64,000 bases of DNA, from assembly GCF_009914755.1 (NCBI RefSeq), contig NC_060927.1. The stretch is one strand, 5' to 3'. Below are positions 45,931-61,800 of the stretch, one piece after another. The notes under the pieces are model-generated. The model had not been told where the DNA came from, did not search any database, and saw only the letters and a program-made list of their open reading frames with translations. Source of the DNA: the human T2T-CHM13v2.0 reference genome, Homo sapiens. The number at the start of each line of letters is the position of its first letter. Within the stretch, counting starts at the first letter, position 1. Made by a program: the position numbers and the translations under genes.

Positions 45931-47480
45931 TATGAAAGTACATCAAATATATATTTGATTCTGTACATAAAATAACAAAGTACACCAGATATATATTTTA
46001 TAGTGTACATAAAATATCAAAGTACCCAAACTATACATTACATGCTGTACATAAAATATGAAATTATATCAAATATATATTATATTAGGAACATAAAATA
46101 TGAAAGTACAACAAATATAGATTATTAACTGTACATAAAATATCAAAGAACCCCAAATATATATTATATACTGTACATGAGATATCAAACTTCACAAACT
46201 ATATATTATATAGTGTACATAAAATATCAAAGTACCCAAGGTATATATTCTATACTGTACAAAAAATATCAAAGTACCCAAAGCATGTATTATATACTGT
46301 ACATAAAAGATGAAAGTACATCAAATATATATTTTATTCTGTACATAAAATATCAAAGTACACCAGATATATATTTTATAGTGTACATAAAATATCAAAG
46401 TACCCAAACTATACATTATATACTGTACATAAAATATGAAATTACATCAAATATATATTATATTAGGTACATAAAATATGAAAGTACATCAAATATAGAT
46501 TATATACTGTACATAAAATTTAAAAGTACCCCAAATATATATTATATACTGTACAAGAAATATCAAAACACACAAACTATATATTATATACTGTAGAAAA
46601 AATATCAAAGTACCCAAAGCAAGTATTATATACTGTACATAAAAGATGAAAGTACATCAAATATATATTTTATTCTGTACATAAAATATCAAAGTACACC
46701 AGATATATATTTTATAGTGTACATAAAATATCAAGGTACCCAAACTATACATTATATACTGTACATAAAATATGAAATTACATCAAATATATATTATATT
46801 AGGTACCTAAAATATGAAAGTACATCAAATATAGATTATTAAGTGTACATAAAATATCAAAGAACCCCAAATATATATTATATACTGTACATGAAATATC
46901 AAAGTTCACAAACTATATATTATATACTGTACATAAAATATCAAAGTACCCAAGGTATATATTCTATACTGTACAAAAAATATCAAAGTACCCAAAGCAT
47001 GTATTATATACTGTACATAAAATATGAAAGTACATCAAATATATATTTGATTCTGTACATAAAATAACAAAGTACACCAGATATATATTTTATAGTGCAC
47101 ATAAAATATCAAAGTACCCAAACTATACATTACATGCTGTACATAAAATATGAAATTACATCAAATATATATTATATTAGGAACATAAAATATGAAAGTA
47201 CATCAAATATAGATTATTAACTGTACATAAAATATCAAAGAACCACAAATATATATTATATACTGTACATGAGATATCAAACTTCACAAACTATATATTA
47301 TATACTGTACATAAAATATCAAAGTACCCAAGGTATATATTCTATACTGTACAAAAAATATCAAAGTACCCAAAGCATGTATTATATACTGTACATAAAA
47401 GATGAAAGTACATCAAATATATATTTTATTCTGTACATAAAATATCAAAGTACACCAGATATATATTTTATAGTGTACAT
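45930..47480 (+). repeat. Domain D copy 1: 1092-bp 26-mer (9+8+9) module
   Basis: ATGAGATATCAAACTTC at 46177 and 47269 (1092 apart). The 8-mer lacks m6 (CTGTAGAAAAAATATCAAAGTACCCAAAGCAAG at about 46591). TAGGAACATA and GATTATTAA tags are present. Confidence 0.85.
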
Positions 47481-48650
47481 AAAATATGAAGGTACCCAAA
47501 CTATACATTATATACTGTAGATAAAATATGGAATTACATCAAATATATATTATATTAGGTACGTAAAATATGTAAGTACATCAAATATAGATTATATACC
47601 ATACATAAAATATAAAGGAACCCCAAATATATATGATATACTGTACATGAAATATCAAAGTTCACAAACTATATATTATATACTGTAGATAAAATATCAA
47701 AGTACCCAAGGTATATATTCTATACTGTAAAAAAAATATCAGAGTACCCAAAGCATGTATTATATACTGTACATAAAATATGAAAGCACATCAAATATAT
47801 ATTATATTAGGTACATAAAATATGAAAGTACATAAAATATAGATGATATACTGTACATAAAATATCAAAGTAGCCCAAATATATATTATACAGTGTACAT
47901 GAAATATCAAAATTTACAAAATATATATTATATAATGTACATAAAATATCAAAGTACCCAAAGCAAGTATTATATACTGTACATAAAAGATGAAAGTACA
48001 TCAAATATATATTTTATTCTGTACATAAAATATCAAAGTACACCAGATATATATTTTATAGTGTACATAAAATATCAAGGTACCCAAACTATACATTATA
48101 TACTGTACATAAAATATGAAATTACATCAAATATATATTATATTAGGTACGTAAAATATGAAAGTACATCAAATATAGATTATATACTGTACATAATATA
48201 TAAAAGAACCCCAACTATATATTATATACTGTACATGAAATATCAAAATACACAAACTATATATTATATACTGTACATAAAATATAAAAGTACCCAAGGT
48301 ATATATTCTATACTGTACAAAAAATATCAAAGTACCCAAAGCATGTATTATATACTGTACATAAAATATGAAAGTACATCAAATATATATTTTATTCTGT
48401 ACATAAAATAACAAAGTACACCAGATATATATTTTATAGTGTACATAAAATATGAAATTACCCAAACTATACATTACATACTGTACATAAAATATGGAAT
48501 TACATCAAATATATATTATATTAGGTACGTAAAATATGAAAGTACATCAAATATAGATTATATACCATACATAAAATATAAAGGAACCCCAAATATATAT
48601 GATATACTGTACATGAAATATCAAAGTTCACAAACTATATATTATATACT
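47480..48650 (+). repeat. Island of domain-A haplotype (14-mer + following units)
   Basis: ORF-track positions 47807/47893/48439 match 4843/4929/5475 at constant offset 42964. GTAGCCC at 47870. Confidence 0.88.
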
Positions 48651-51600
48651 GTACATAAAATATCAAAGTACCCAAGGTATATATTCTATAATATACAAAA
48701 AATATCAAAGTACCCAAAGCGTGTATTATATACTGTATATAAAATATGAAATTACATCAAATATATATTTTATTCTGTACATAAAATATCAAAGTACACC
48801 AGATATATATTCTACAGTGTACATAAAATCTCAAAGTACCCATACTATACATTATATACTGTACATAAAATATGAAATTACATCAAATATATATTATATT
48901 AGGTACATAAAATACGAAAGTACATCAAATATAGATTATATACTGTACATAAAATATCAAAGTACCCCAAATATATATTATACACTCTACATGAAATATC
49001 AAAGTTCACAAACTATATATTATATACTGTACATAAAATATCAAAGTAACCAAGGTATATATTCTATACTGTACAAAAAATATCAAAGTACCCAAAGCAT
49101 GTATTATGTACTGTATATAAAATATGAAAGTACATCAAATATATATTTTATTCTGTACATAAAATATCAAAGTACACCAGATATATATTCTATAGTGTAC
49201 ATAAAATAACAAAGTACAAAAACTATGAATTATATACTGTACATAAAATATGAAATTACATCAAATACATATTAGGTACATAAAATATGAAAGTACATCA
49301 AATATAGATTATATACTGTACATAAAATATCAATGTACCCCAAATATATATTTTATACTCTACATGAAATATCAAACTTCAGAAACCATATATTGTATAC
49401 TGTACATAAAATATCAAAATACCCAAGGTATATATTCTATACTGTACAAAAAATATCAAAGTACCCAAAGCATGTATTATATACTGTACATAAAATATGA
49501 AAGTACATCAAATATATATTTTATTCTGTACATAAAATATCAAAGTACGCCAGATATATATTCTATAGTGTACATAAAATATCAAAGTACCCAAACTATA
49601 CATTATACACTGTACATAAAATATGAAATTACATCAAATATATATTATATTAGGTACGTAAAATATGAAAGTACATCAAATATAGATTATTAACTGTACC
49701 TAAAATATCAAAGTACCCCAAATATATATTATATACTGTATATGAAATATCAAATTTCACAAACTATATATTATATACTGTAGATAAAATATCAAAGTAC
49801 CCAAGGTATATATTCTATACTGTACAAAAAATATCAAAGTACCCAAAGCATGTATTATATACTGTACATAAAATATTAAAGTACATCAAATATATATTTT
49901 ATCCTGTAAATAAAATATCAAAGTACATGAGATATATATTTTATAGTGTACATAAAATATCAAAGTACCCAAACGATACATTATATACTGTACATAAAAT
50001 ATGAAATTACATCAAATATATATTATATTAGGTACCTAAAATATGAAAGTACATCAAATATAGATTATTAACTGTACATAAAATATCAAAGAACGCCAAA
50101 TATATATTATATACTCTACATGAAATATCAACGTTCGCAAACTATATATTATATACTGTACATAAAATATCAAAGTACCCAAGGTATATATTCTATACTG
50201 TACAAAATATATCAAAGTATCCAAAGCATGTATTATACACTGTACATAAAATATGAAAGTACATCAAATATATATATTATTCTGTATCTAAAACATCAAA
50301 GTACACCAGATATATATTTTATAGTGTACATAAAATATCAAAGTACCCAAACTATACATTATATACTGTACATAAAATATGAAATTACATCAAATATATA
50401 TTATATTAGGTACCTAAAATATGAAAGTACATCAAATATAGATTATTAACTGTACATAAAATATCAAAGTACCCCAAATATATATTATATAGTGTACATG
50501 AAATATCAAAGTTCACAAACTATATATTATATACTGTACATAAAATATCAAAGTACATAAGGTATATATTCTATACTGTACAAAAAATATCAAAGTACCC
50601 AAAGCATGTATTATATACTGTACATAAAAGATGAAAGTACATCAAATATATATTTTATTCTGTACATAAAATATCAAAGTACACCAGATATATATTTTAT
50701 AGTGTACATAAAATATCAAAGTACCCAAACTATACATTATATACTGTACATAAAATATGAAATTACATGAAACATATATTATATTATTTACCTAAAATAT
50801 GAAAGTACATCAAATATAGATTATTAACTGTACATAAAATATCAAAGTACCCCAAATATATATTATATACTGTACATGAAATATCAAAGTTCACAAACTA
50901 TATATTATATACTGTAGATAAAATATCAAAGTACCCAAGGTATATATTCTATACTGTACAAAAAATATCAAAGTAACCAAAGCATGTATTATATACTGTA
51001 CATAAAATATGAAAGTACATCAAATATATATTTTATTCTGTACATAAAATATCAAAGTACACAAGATATATATTTTATAGTGTACATAAAATATCAAAGT
51101 ACACAAACTATACATTATATACTGTACACAAAATATGAAATTACATCAAATATATATTATATTAGGTACATAAAATATGAAAGTACATCAAATATAGATT
51201 TTATACTGTACATAAAATATCAAAGTACCCCAAATATATATTATATACTCTACATGAAATATCAACGTTCGAAAACTATATATTATATACTGTAGATAAA
51301 ATATCAAAGTACCCAAGGTATATATTCTATACTGTACAAAAAATATCAAAGTACCCAAAGCATGTATTACAAACTGTACATAAAATATGAAAGTACATCA
51401 AATATATATTTTACTCTGTACATAAAATATCAAAGTACACCAGATATATATTCTATAGTGTACATAATATATCAAAGTACCCAAACTATACATTATATAC
51501 TGTACATAAAATATGAAATTACATCAAATATATATTATATTAGGTACATAAAATATGAAAGTACATCAAATATAGATTATATACTGTACATAATATATCA

Positions 51601-54600
51601 AAGTACCCCAAATATATATGATATACTGTACATGAAATATCAAAGTTCACAAACTATATATTATATACTGTACATAAAATATCAAAGTACCCAAGGTATA
51701 TATTCTATACTGTACAAAAAATATCAAAGTACCTAAAGCATGTATTATATACTATATATAAAATATGAAAGTACATCAAATATATATTTTATTCTGTACA
51801 TAAAATATCAAAGTACACCAGATATATATTCTATAGTGTACATAAAATAACAAAGTACACAAACTATAAATTTATACTGTACATAAAATATGAAATTACA
51901 TCAAATATATATTAGGTACATAAAATATGAAAGTACATCAAATATAGATTATATACTGTACATAAAACATCAATGTAACCCAAATATATATTTTATACTC
52001 TACATGAAATATCAAAGTTCACAATCCATATATTATATACTGTACATAAAATATCAAAGTACCCAAGGTATATATTCTATACTATACAAAAAATATCAAA
52101 CTACCCAAAGCATGTATTACATACTGTACATAAAATATGAAAGTACATCAAATATATATTTTATTCTGTACGTAGAATATCAAAGTACACCAGATATATA
52201 TTCTATAGTGTACATAAAATATCAAAGTACCCAAAATATACATTATATACTGTACATAAAACATGAAATTACATCAAATATATATTATATTAGGTACATA
52301 AAATATGAAACTACATCTAATATAGATTATATACTGTACATAAAATATCAAAGTACCCCAAATATATATTATATACTCTACATGAAATATCAAAGTTCAC
52401 AAACTATATATTATGTACTGTACATAAAATATCAAAGTACCCAAGGTATATATTCTATACTGCACAAAAAATATCAAAGTACCCAAAGCATGTATTATAT
52501 ACTGTATATAAAATATGAAAGTACATCAAATATATATTTTATTCGGTACATAAAATATCAAAGTACACCAGATATATATTCTATAGTGTACATAAAATAA
52601 CAAAGTACAAAAACTACAAATTATATACTGTACATAAAATATGAAATTACATCAAATATATATTAGGTACATAAAATACGAAAGTACATCAAATATAGAT
52701 TATATACTGTACATAAAATATCAAAGTACCCCAAATATATATTATACACTCTACATGAAATATCAAAGTTCACAAACTATATATTATATACTGTACATAA
52801 AATATCAAAGTAACCAAGGTATATATTCTATACTGTACAAAAAATATCAAGGTACCCAAAGCATGTATTATGTACTGTATATAAAATATGAAACTACATC
52901 AAATATATATTTTATTCTGTACATAAAATATCAAAGTACACCAGATATATATTCTATAGTGTACATAAAATAACAAAGTACAAAAACTATAAATTATATA
53001 CTGTACATAAAATATGAAATTACATCAAATACATATTAGGTACATAAAATATGAAAGTACATCAAATATAGATTATATACTGTACATAAAATATCAATGT
53101 ACCCCAAATATATATTTTATACTCTACATGAAATATCAAACTTCAGAAACCATATATTGTATACTGTACATAAAATATCAAAATACCCAAGGTATATATT
53201 CTATACTGTACAAAAAATATCAAAGTAACCAAAGCATGTATTATATACTGTACATAAAATATGAAAGTACATCAAATATATATTTTATTCTGTACATAAA
53301 ATATCAAAGTACACCAGATATATATTCTACAGTGTACATAAAATATCAAAGTACCCAAACTATACATTATATACTGTACATAAAATATGAAATTACATCA
53401 AATATATATTATATTAGGTACATAAAATATGAAAGTACATCAAATATAGATTATATACTGTACATAAAATATCAAAGTACCCCAAATATATATTATATAC
53501 TCTACATGAAATATCAAAGTTCACAAACTATATATTATATACTGTACATAAAATATCAAAGGACCCAAGGTATATATTCTATAATGTACAAAAAATATCA
53601 AAGTACCCAAAGCGTGTATTATATACTGTATATAAAATATGAAATTACATCAAATATATATTTTTTTCTGTACATAAAATATCAAAGTACACCAGATATA
53701 TATTCTACAGTGTACATAAAATATCAAAGTACCCAAACTATACATTATATACTGTACATAAAATATGAAATTACATCAAATATATATTATATTAGGTACA
53801 TAAAATACGAAAGTACATCAAATATAGATTATATACTGTACATAAAATATCAAAGTACCCCAAATATATATTATACACTCTACATGAAATATCAAAGTTC
53901 ACAAACTATATATTATATACTGTACATAAAATATCAAAGTAACCAAGGTATATATTCTATACTGTACAAAAAATATCAAAGTACCCAAAGCATGTATTAC
54001 GTACTGTATATAAAATATGAAAGTACTTCAAATATATATTTTATTCTGTACATAAAATATCAAAGTACACCAGATATATATTCTATAGTGTACATAAAAT
54101 AACAAAGTACAAAAACTATAAATTATATACTGTACATAAAATATGAAATTACATCAAATACATATTAGGTACATAAAATATGAAAGTACATCAAATATAG
54201 ATTATATACTGTACATAAAATATCAATGTACCCCAAATATATATTATATACTCTACATGAAATATCAAAGTTCACAAACTATATATTATATACCGTACAT
54301 AAAATATCAAAGTACCCAAGGTATATATTCTATACTGTACAAAAAATATCAAAGTACCTAAAGCATGTATTATATACTGTACATAAAATATGAAACTACA
54401 TCAAATATATTTTTTATTCTGTATATAAAATATCAAAGTACGCCAGATATATATTCTATAGTGTACATAAAATATCAAAGTACCCAAACTATACATTATA
54501 TACTGTACATAAAATATGAAATTACATCAAATATATATTATATTAGGTACATAAAATATGAAAGTACATCAAATATAGATTATATACTGTACATAAACTA

Positions 54601-55690
54601 TCAAAGTACCCCAAATATATATTATATACTGTACATGAAATATCAAAGTTTACAAACTATATATTATATACTGTACATAAAATATCAAAGTACCCAAGGT
54701 ATATATTCTATACTGTACAAAAAATATCAAAGTACCCAAAGCATGTATTATATACTGTACATAAAATATGAAAGTACATCAAATATATATTTTATTCTGT
54801 ACATAAAATATCAAAGTACACCAGATATATATTCTATAGTGTACATAAAATAACAAAGTACACAAACCATAAATTATATACTGAACATAAAATATGACAT
54901 TACATCAAATATATATTAGGTACATAAAATATGAAAGTACATCAAATATAGATTATATACTGTACATAAAATATCAATGTACCCCAAATATATATTTTAT
55001 ACTCTACATGAAATATCAAAGTTCACAAACTATATATTATATACTGTACATAAAATATCAAAGTACCCAAGGTATATATTCTATACTGTACAAAAAATAT
55101 CAAAGTACCCAAAGCATGTATTATATACTGTCAATAAAATATGAAAGTACATCAAATATATATTTTATTCTGTACATAAAATATCAAAGTACACCAGATA
55201 TATATTCTATAGTGTACATAAAATATCAAAGTACCCAAACTATACCTTATATACTGTACATAAAATATGAAATTACATCAAATATATATTATATTAGGTA
55301 CATAAAATATGAAAGTACATCAAATATAGATTATATACTGTACATTAAATACCAAAGTACCCCAAATATATATTTTATACTGTACATGAAATTTCAAAGT
55401 TCACAAACTATATATTATATACTGTACATAAAATATCAAAGTACCCAAGGTATATATTCTATACTGTACAAAAAATATCAAAGTACCCAAAGCATGTATT
55501 ATATACTGTACATAAAATATGAAAGTACATCAAATATATATTTTATTCTATACATAAATTATCAAAGTACACCAGATATATATTCTACAGTGTACATAAA
55601 ATATCAAAGTACCCAAACTATACATTATATACTGTACATAAAATATGAAATTACATCAAATATATATTATATTAGGTACATAAAATATGA
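48650..55690 (+). repeat. Mixed block: B-type deletion units (48.65-49.6 and 51.7-55.6 kb) flanking GATTATTAAC-type 9-mers (49.6-51.4 kb)
   Basis: 5-bp deletion follows the ATGs at 49250, 51890, 52641, 53014, 54143, 54894. Rare variants are shared with 15.3-18.2 kb (ACAATCCAT, ATGACATTAC, GTACCTAAAG). 49650-49800 resembles 10470-10620. Confidence 0.78.
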
Positions 55691-56800
55691 AACTACATCA
55701 AATATAGATTATGTACCATACATAAAATATAAAGGAACCCCAAATATACATGATATACTGTACATGAAATATCAAAGTTCACAAACTATATATTATATAC
55801 TGTAGATAAAATATCAAAGTACCCAAGGTATATATTCTATACTGTAAAAAAAAATCAAAGTACCCAAATCATGTATTATATACTGTACATAAAATATGAA
55901 AGCACATCAAATATATATTATATTAGGTACATAAAATATGAAAGTACATAAAATATAGATGATATACTGTACATAAAATATCAAAGTAGCCCAAATATAT
56001 ATTATACAGTGTACATAAAATATCAAAATTTACAAAATATATATTATATAATGTACATAAAATATCAAAGTACCCAAAGCAAGTATTATATACTGTACAT
56101 AAAAGATGAAAGTACATCAAATATATATTTTATTCTGTACATAAAATATCAAAGTACACCAGATATATATTTTATAGTGTACATAAAATATCAAGGTACC
56201 CAAACTATACATTATATACTGTAGATAAAATATGGAATTACATCAAATATATATTATATTAAGTACGTAAAATATGTAAGTACATCAAATATAGATTATA
56301 TACCATACATAAAATATAAAGGAACCCCAAATATATATGATATACTGTACATGAAATATCAAAGTTCACAAACTATATATTATATACTGTAGATAAAATA
56401 TCAAAGTACACAAGGTATATATTCTATACTGTAAAAAAAATATCAAAGTACCCAAAGCATGTATTATATACTGTACATAAAATATGAAAGCACATCAAAT
56501 ATATATTATATTAGGTACATAAAATATGAAAGTACATAAAATATAGATGATATACTGTACATAAAATATCAAAGTAGCCCAAATATATATTATACAGTGT
56601 ACATGAAATATCAAAATTTACAAAATATATATTATATAATGTACATAAAATATCAAAGTACCCAAAGCAAGTATTATATACTGTACATAAAAGATGAAAG
56701 TACATCAAATATATATTTTATTCTGTACATAAAATATCAAAGTTCACCAGATATATATTTTATAGTGTACATAAAATATCAAGGTACCCAAACTATACAT
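55690..56800 (+). repeat. Second island of domain-A haplotype (two 14-mer tags)
   Basis: 55923/56009/56511 match 4255/4341/4843 at offset 51668. GTAGCCC at 55986 and 56574 (588 apart). Confidence 0.88.
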
Positions 56801-58600
56801 TACATGCTGTACATAAAATATGAAATTATATCAAATATATATTATATTAGGAACATAAAATATGAAAGTACAACAAATATAGATTATTAACTGTACATAA
56901 AATATCAAAGAACCCCAAATATATATTATATACTGTACATGAGATATCAAACTTCACAAACTATATATTATATAGTGTACATAAAATATCAAAGTACCCA
57001 AGGTATATATTCTATACTGTACAAAAAATATCAAACTACCCAAAGCATGTATTATATACTGTACATAAAAGATGAAAGTACATCAAATATATATTTTATT
57101 CTATACATAAAATATCAAAGTACACCAGATATATATTTTATAGTGTACATAAAATATCAAAGTACCCAAACTATACATTATATACTGTACATAAAATATG
57201 AAATTACATCAAATATATATTATATTAGGTACATAAAATATGAAAGTACATCAAATATAGATTATATACTGTACATAAAACTTAAAAGTACCCCAAATAT
57301 ATATTATATACTGTACATGAAATATCAAAACACACAAACTATATATTATATACTGTAGAAAAAATATCAAAGTACCCAAAGCAAGTATTATATACTGTAC
57401 ATAAAAGATGAAAGTACATCAAATATATATTTTATTCTATACATAAAATATCAAAGTACACCAGATATATATTTTATAGTGTACATAAAATATCAAGGTA
57501 CCCAAACTATACATTATATACTGTACATAAAATATGAAATTACATCAAATATATATTATATTAGGTACATAAAATACGAAAGTACATCAAATATAGATTA
57601 TTAAGTGTACATAAAATATCAAAGAACCCCAAATATATATTATATACTGTACATGAAATATCAAAGTTCACAAACTATATATTATATACTGTACATAAAA
57701 TATCAAAGTACCCAAGGTATATATTCTATACTGTACAAAAAATATCAAAGTACCCAAAGCATGTATTATATACTGTACATAAAATATGAAAGTACATCAA
57801 ATATATATTTGATTCTGTACATAAAATAACAAAGTACACCAGATATATATTTTATAGTGCACATAAAATATCAAAGTACCCAAACTATACATTACATGCT
57901 GTACATAAAATATGAAATTACATCAAATATATATTATATTAGGAACATAAAATATGAAAGTACATCAAATATAGATTATTAACTGTACATAAAATATCAA
58001 AGAACCACAAATATATATTATATACTGTACATGAGATATCAAACTTCACAAACTATATATTATATACTGTACATAAAATATCAAAGTACCCAAGGTATAT
58101 ATTCTATACTGTACAAAAAATATCAAAGTACCCAAAGCATGTATTATATACTGTACATAAAAGATGAAAGTACATCAAATATATATTTTATTCTGTACAT
58201 AAAATATCAAAGTACACCAGATATATATTTTATAGTGTACATAAAATATCAAAGTACCCAAACTATACATTATATACTGTACATAAAATATGAAATTACA
58301 TCAAATATATATTATATTAGGTACGTAAAATATGAAAGTACATCAAATATAGATTATATACTGTACATAAAATGTAAAAGTACCCCAAATATATATTATA
58401 TACTGTACATGAAATATCAAAACACACAAACTATATATTATATACTGTAGAAAAAATATCAAAGTATCCAAAGCAAGTATTATATACTGTACATAAAAGA
58501 TGAAAGTACATGAAATATATATTTTATTCTGTACATAAAATATCAAAGTACACCAGATATATATTTTATAGTGTACATAAAATATCAAGGTACCCAAAGT
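56800..58600 (+). repeat. Domain D copy 2 (1092-bp module)
   Basis: ATGAGATATC at 56939 and 58031; offset 10762 from copy 1. Confidence 0.85.
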
Positions 58601-58899
58601 ATACATTATATACTGTACATAAAATATGAAATTACATCAAATATATATTATATTAGGTACGTAAAATATGAAAGTACATCAAATATAGATTATATACTGT
58701 ACATAAAATATAAAAGAACCCCAAATATATATTATATACTGTACATGAAATATCAAAATACAGAAACTATATATTATATACTGTACATAAAATATCAAAG
58801 TACCCAAGGTATATATTCTATACTGTACAAAAAATATCAAAGTACCCAAAACATGTATTATATACTGTACATAAAATATGAAAGTATATCAAATACATA

Positions 58900-61800
58900 T
58901 TTTATTGAGTACATAAAATAACAAAGTACACCAGATATATATTTTATAGTGTACATAAAATATCAAAGTACCCAACTATACATTACATACTGTACATAAA
59001 ATATGAAATTACATCAAATATATATTATATTAGGAATATAAAATATGAAAGTACATCAAATATAGATTATATACTGTACATAAAAATCAAAGTACCCCAA
59101 ATATATATTATATAGTGTACATGAAATATTAAAGTTCAGAAACTATATATTATATACTGTACATAAAAGATGAAAGTACATAAAATATATATGTTATTCT
59201 GTACATAAAGTATCAAAGTTCGCCAGATATATATTTTATAGTGTACATAAAATATCAAATACCGAAACTATACATTATATACTGTAAATAAAATATGAAA
59301 TTACATCAAATATATATTATATTAGTTACCTAAAATATGAAAGTACATCAAATATAGATTATTAACTGTACATAAAATACCAACGTAACTCAAATATATT
59401 TTTTATACTGTACATGGAATATCAAAGTTCACAAACTATATATTATATACTGTACGTAAAATATCAAAGAACTCAAGGTATATATTCTATACTGTACAAA
59501 TAATATCAAAGTACCCAAAGCATGTATTATATACTGTACATAAAATATGAAAGTACATCAAATATATATTTTATTCTGTACATAAGATATCAAAGTAAAC
59601 CAAATATATATTCTATACTGTACATAAAATATCAAAGTACCCAAACAAACATTATATACTGTACATAAAATATGAAATTACATCCAATATATATTATATT
59701 AGTTACATAAAATATGAAAGTACATCAAATATAGATTATATACTGTACTTAAAATACAAACGTACCCCAAATATATATTTTATACTGTACATGAAATATC
59801 AAAGTTCACAAACTATATATTATATACTGTACATAATATAACAAAGAACTCCAGGTATATATTCTATACTGTACAAAAAATATATAAGCACCCAAAGCAT
59901 GTATCATATACTGTACATAAAACATGAAAGTACATCAAATATATATTTTATTCTGTACATAAGATATCAAAATAAACAAAATATATATTCTCTACTGTAC
60001 ATAAAATATCAAAGTACCCAAACTATATATTATGTACTGTACATAAAATATGAAATTACATAAATATATATTATACTAGGTACATAAAATATGAAAGTAC
60101 ATCAAATATAGATTATATACTGTACATAAAATATCAAAGTACCCCAAATATATATTATATACTGTACATGAAATATCAAAGTTCACAAACTATATATTAT
60201 ATACTGTAAATAAAATATGAATATACCCAAGGTGTATATTCTATACTGTACAAAAAATATCAAAGTACTCAAAGCATGTATTATATACTGTACATAAAAT
60301 ATGAAAGTACATCAAATATATATTTTATTCTGTACATAAATTATCAACGTACACCAAATATATATTCTACAGTGTACATAAAATATCAAAGAACCCAAAC
60401 TATACATTATATACTGTACATAAAATATGAAATTACATCAAATATATATTATATTAGGTACATAAAATATGAAAGTACAACAAATATAGATTATATACTG
60501 TACATAAAATATCAAAGTACCCCAAATATATATTATATACTGTACATGAAATATCAAAGTTCACAAACTATATATTATATACTGCACATAAAATATCAAA
60601 GTACCCAAAGTATATATTCTATACTGTAGAAAAAAAATCAAAGTACCCAAAGCATGTATTATATACTGTTCATAAAATATGAAAGTACATCAAATATATA
60701 TTTTATTCTGTACTTAAAATATCAAAGTACACCAAATATATATTCTAAAGTGTACATAAAATATCAAACTACCCAAACTATACATTATATACTGTACATA
60801 AAATATGAAATTACATCAAATATATATTATATTAGGAACATAAAATATGAAAGTACGTCAAATATAGATTATATACTGTACATAAAATACCAACCTAACC
60901 AAAATATATATTTTATACTGTACATGAAATATCAAAGTTCACAAACTATATAGTGTATATTGTACATAAAATATGAATATACCCAAGGTATATATCCTAT
61001 ACTGTACAAAAAATATCAAAGTACCCAAAACATGTATTATATACTGTACATAAAATATGAAAGTACATCAAATATATATTTTATTCTGTACATAAAATAT
61101 CAAAGTACACCAAATATATATTCTAAAGTGTACATAAAATATCAAAGTACCCACACTGTACATTATATACTGTACGTAAAATATGAAATTACATCAAATA
61201 TATATTATATTAGGTACATAAAATATGAAAGTACATCCAATATAGATTATATACTGTCCATAAAATACCAAAGTACCCCAAATATAAATTTTATACTGTA
61301 CATGAAGTATCAAAGTTCACAAACTATATATTATATACTGCACATAAAATATCAAAGTTCCCAAGGTATATATTCTATACTGTGCAAAAAATATCAAAGT
61401 ACCCAAAACATGTATTATATACTGTACATAAAATATGAAAGTACATCAAATATATATTTTATTCTGTACTTAAAATATCAAAGTACACCAAATATATATT
61501 CTATAGTGTACATAAAATACCAAAGTACCCAAACTATACATTATATACTGTACATAAAATATGAAATTATATCAAATATATATTATATTAGGTACATAAA
61601 ATATGAAAATACATCAAATATAGATTATATACTGTACATAAAATATCAAAGTACCACAAATATATATTATATACTGTACATGAAATATCATAGTTCACAA
61701 ACTATATATTATATGCTGAACATAAAATAACAAAGTACTCAATGTATATATTCTATACTGTACAAAAAATATCAAAGTACCCAATGCATGTATTATACAC

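Noticed and set aside
518-58606. Minus-strand Cys/Phe/Tyr-rich ORFs of 60-87 aa
   Set aside because: They appear only where haplotype variants remove a few stops (mostly the GTAGCCC unit), so they mark the repeat variant and nothing more.
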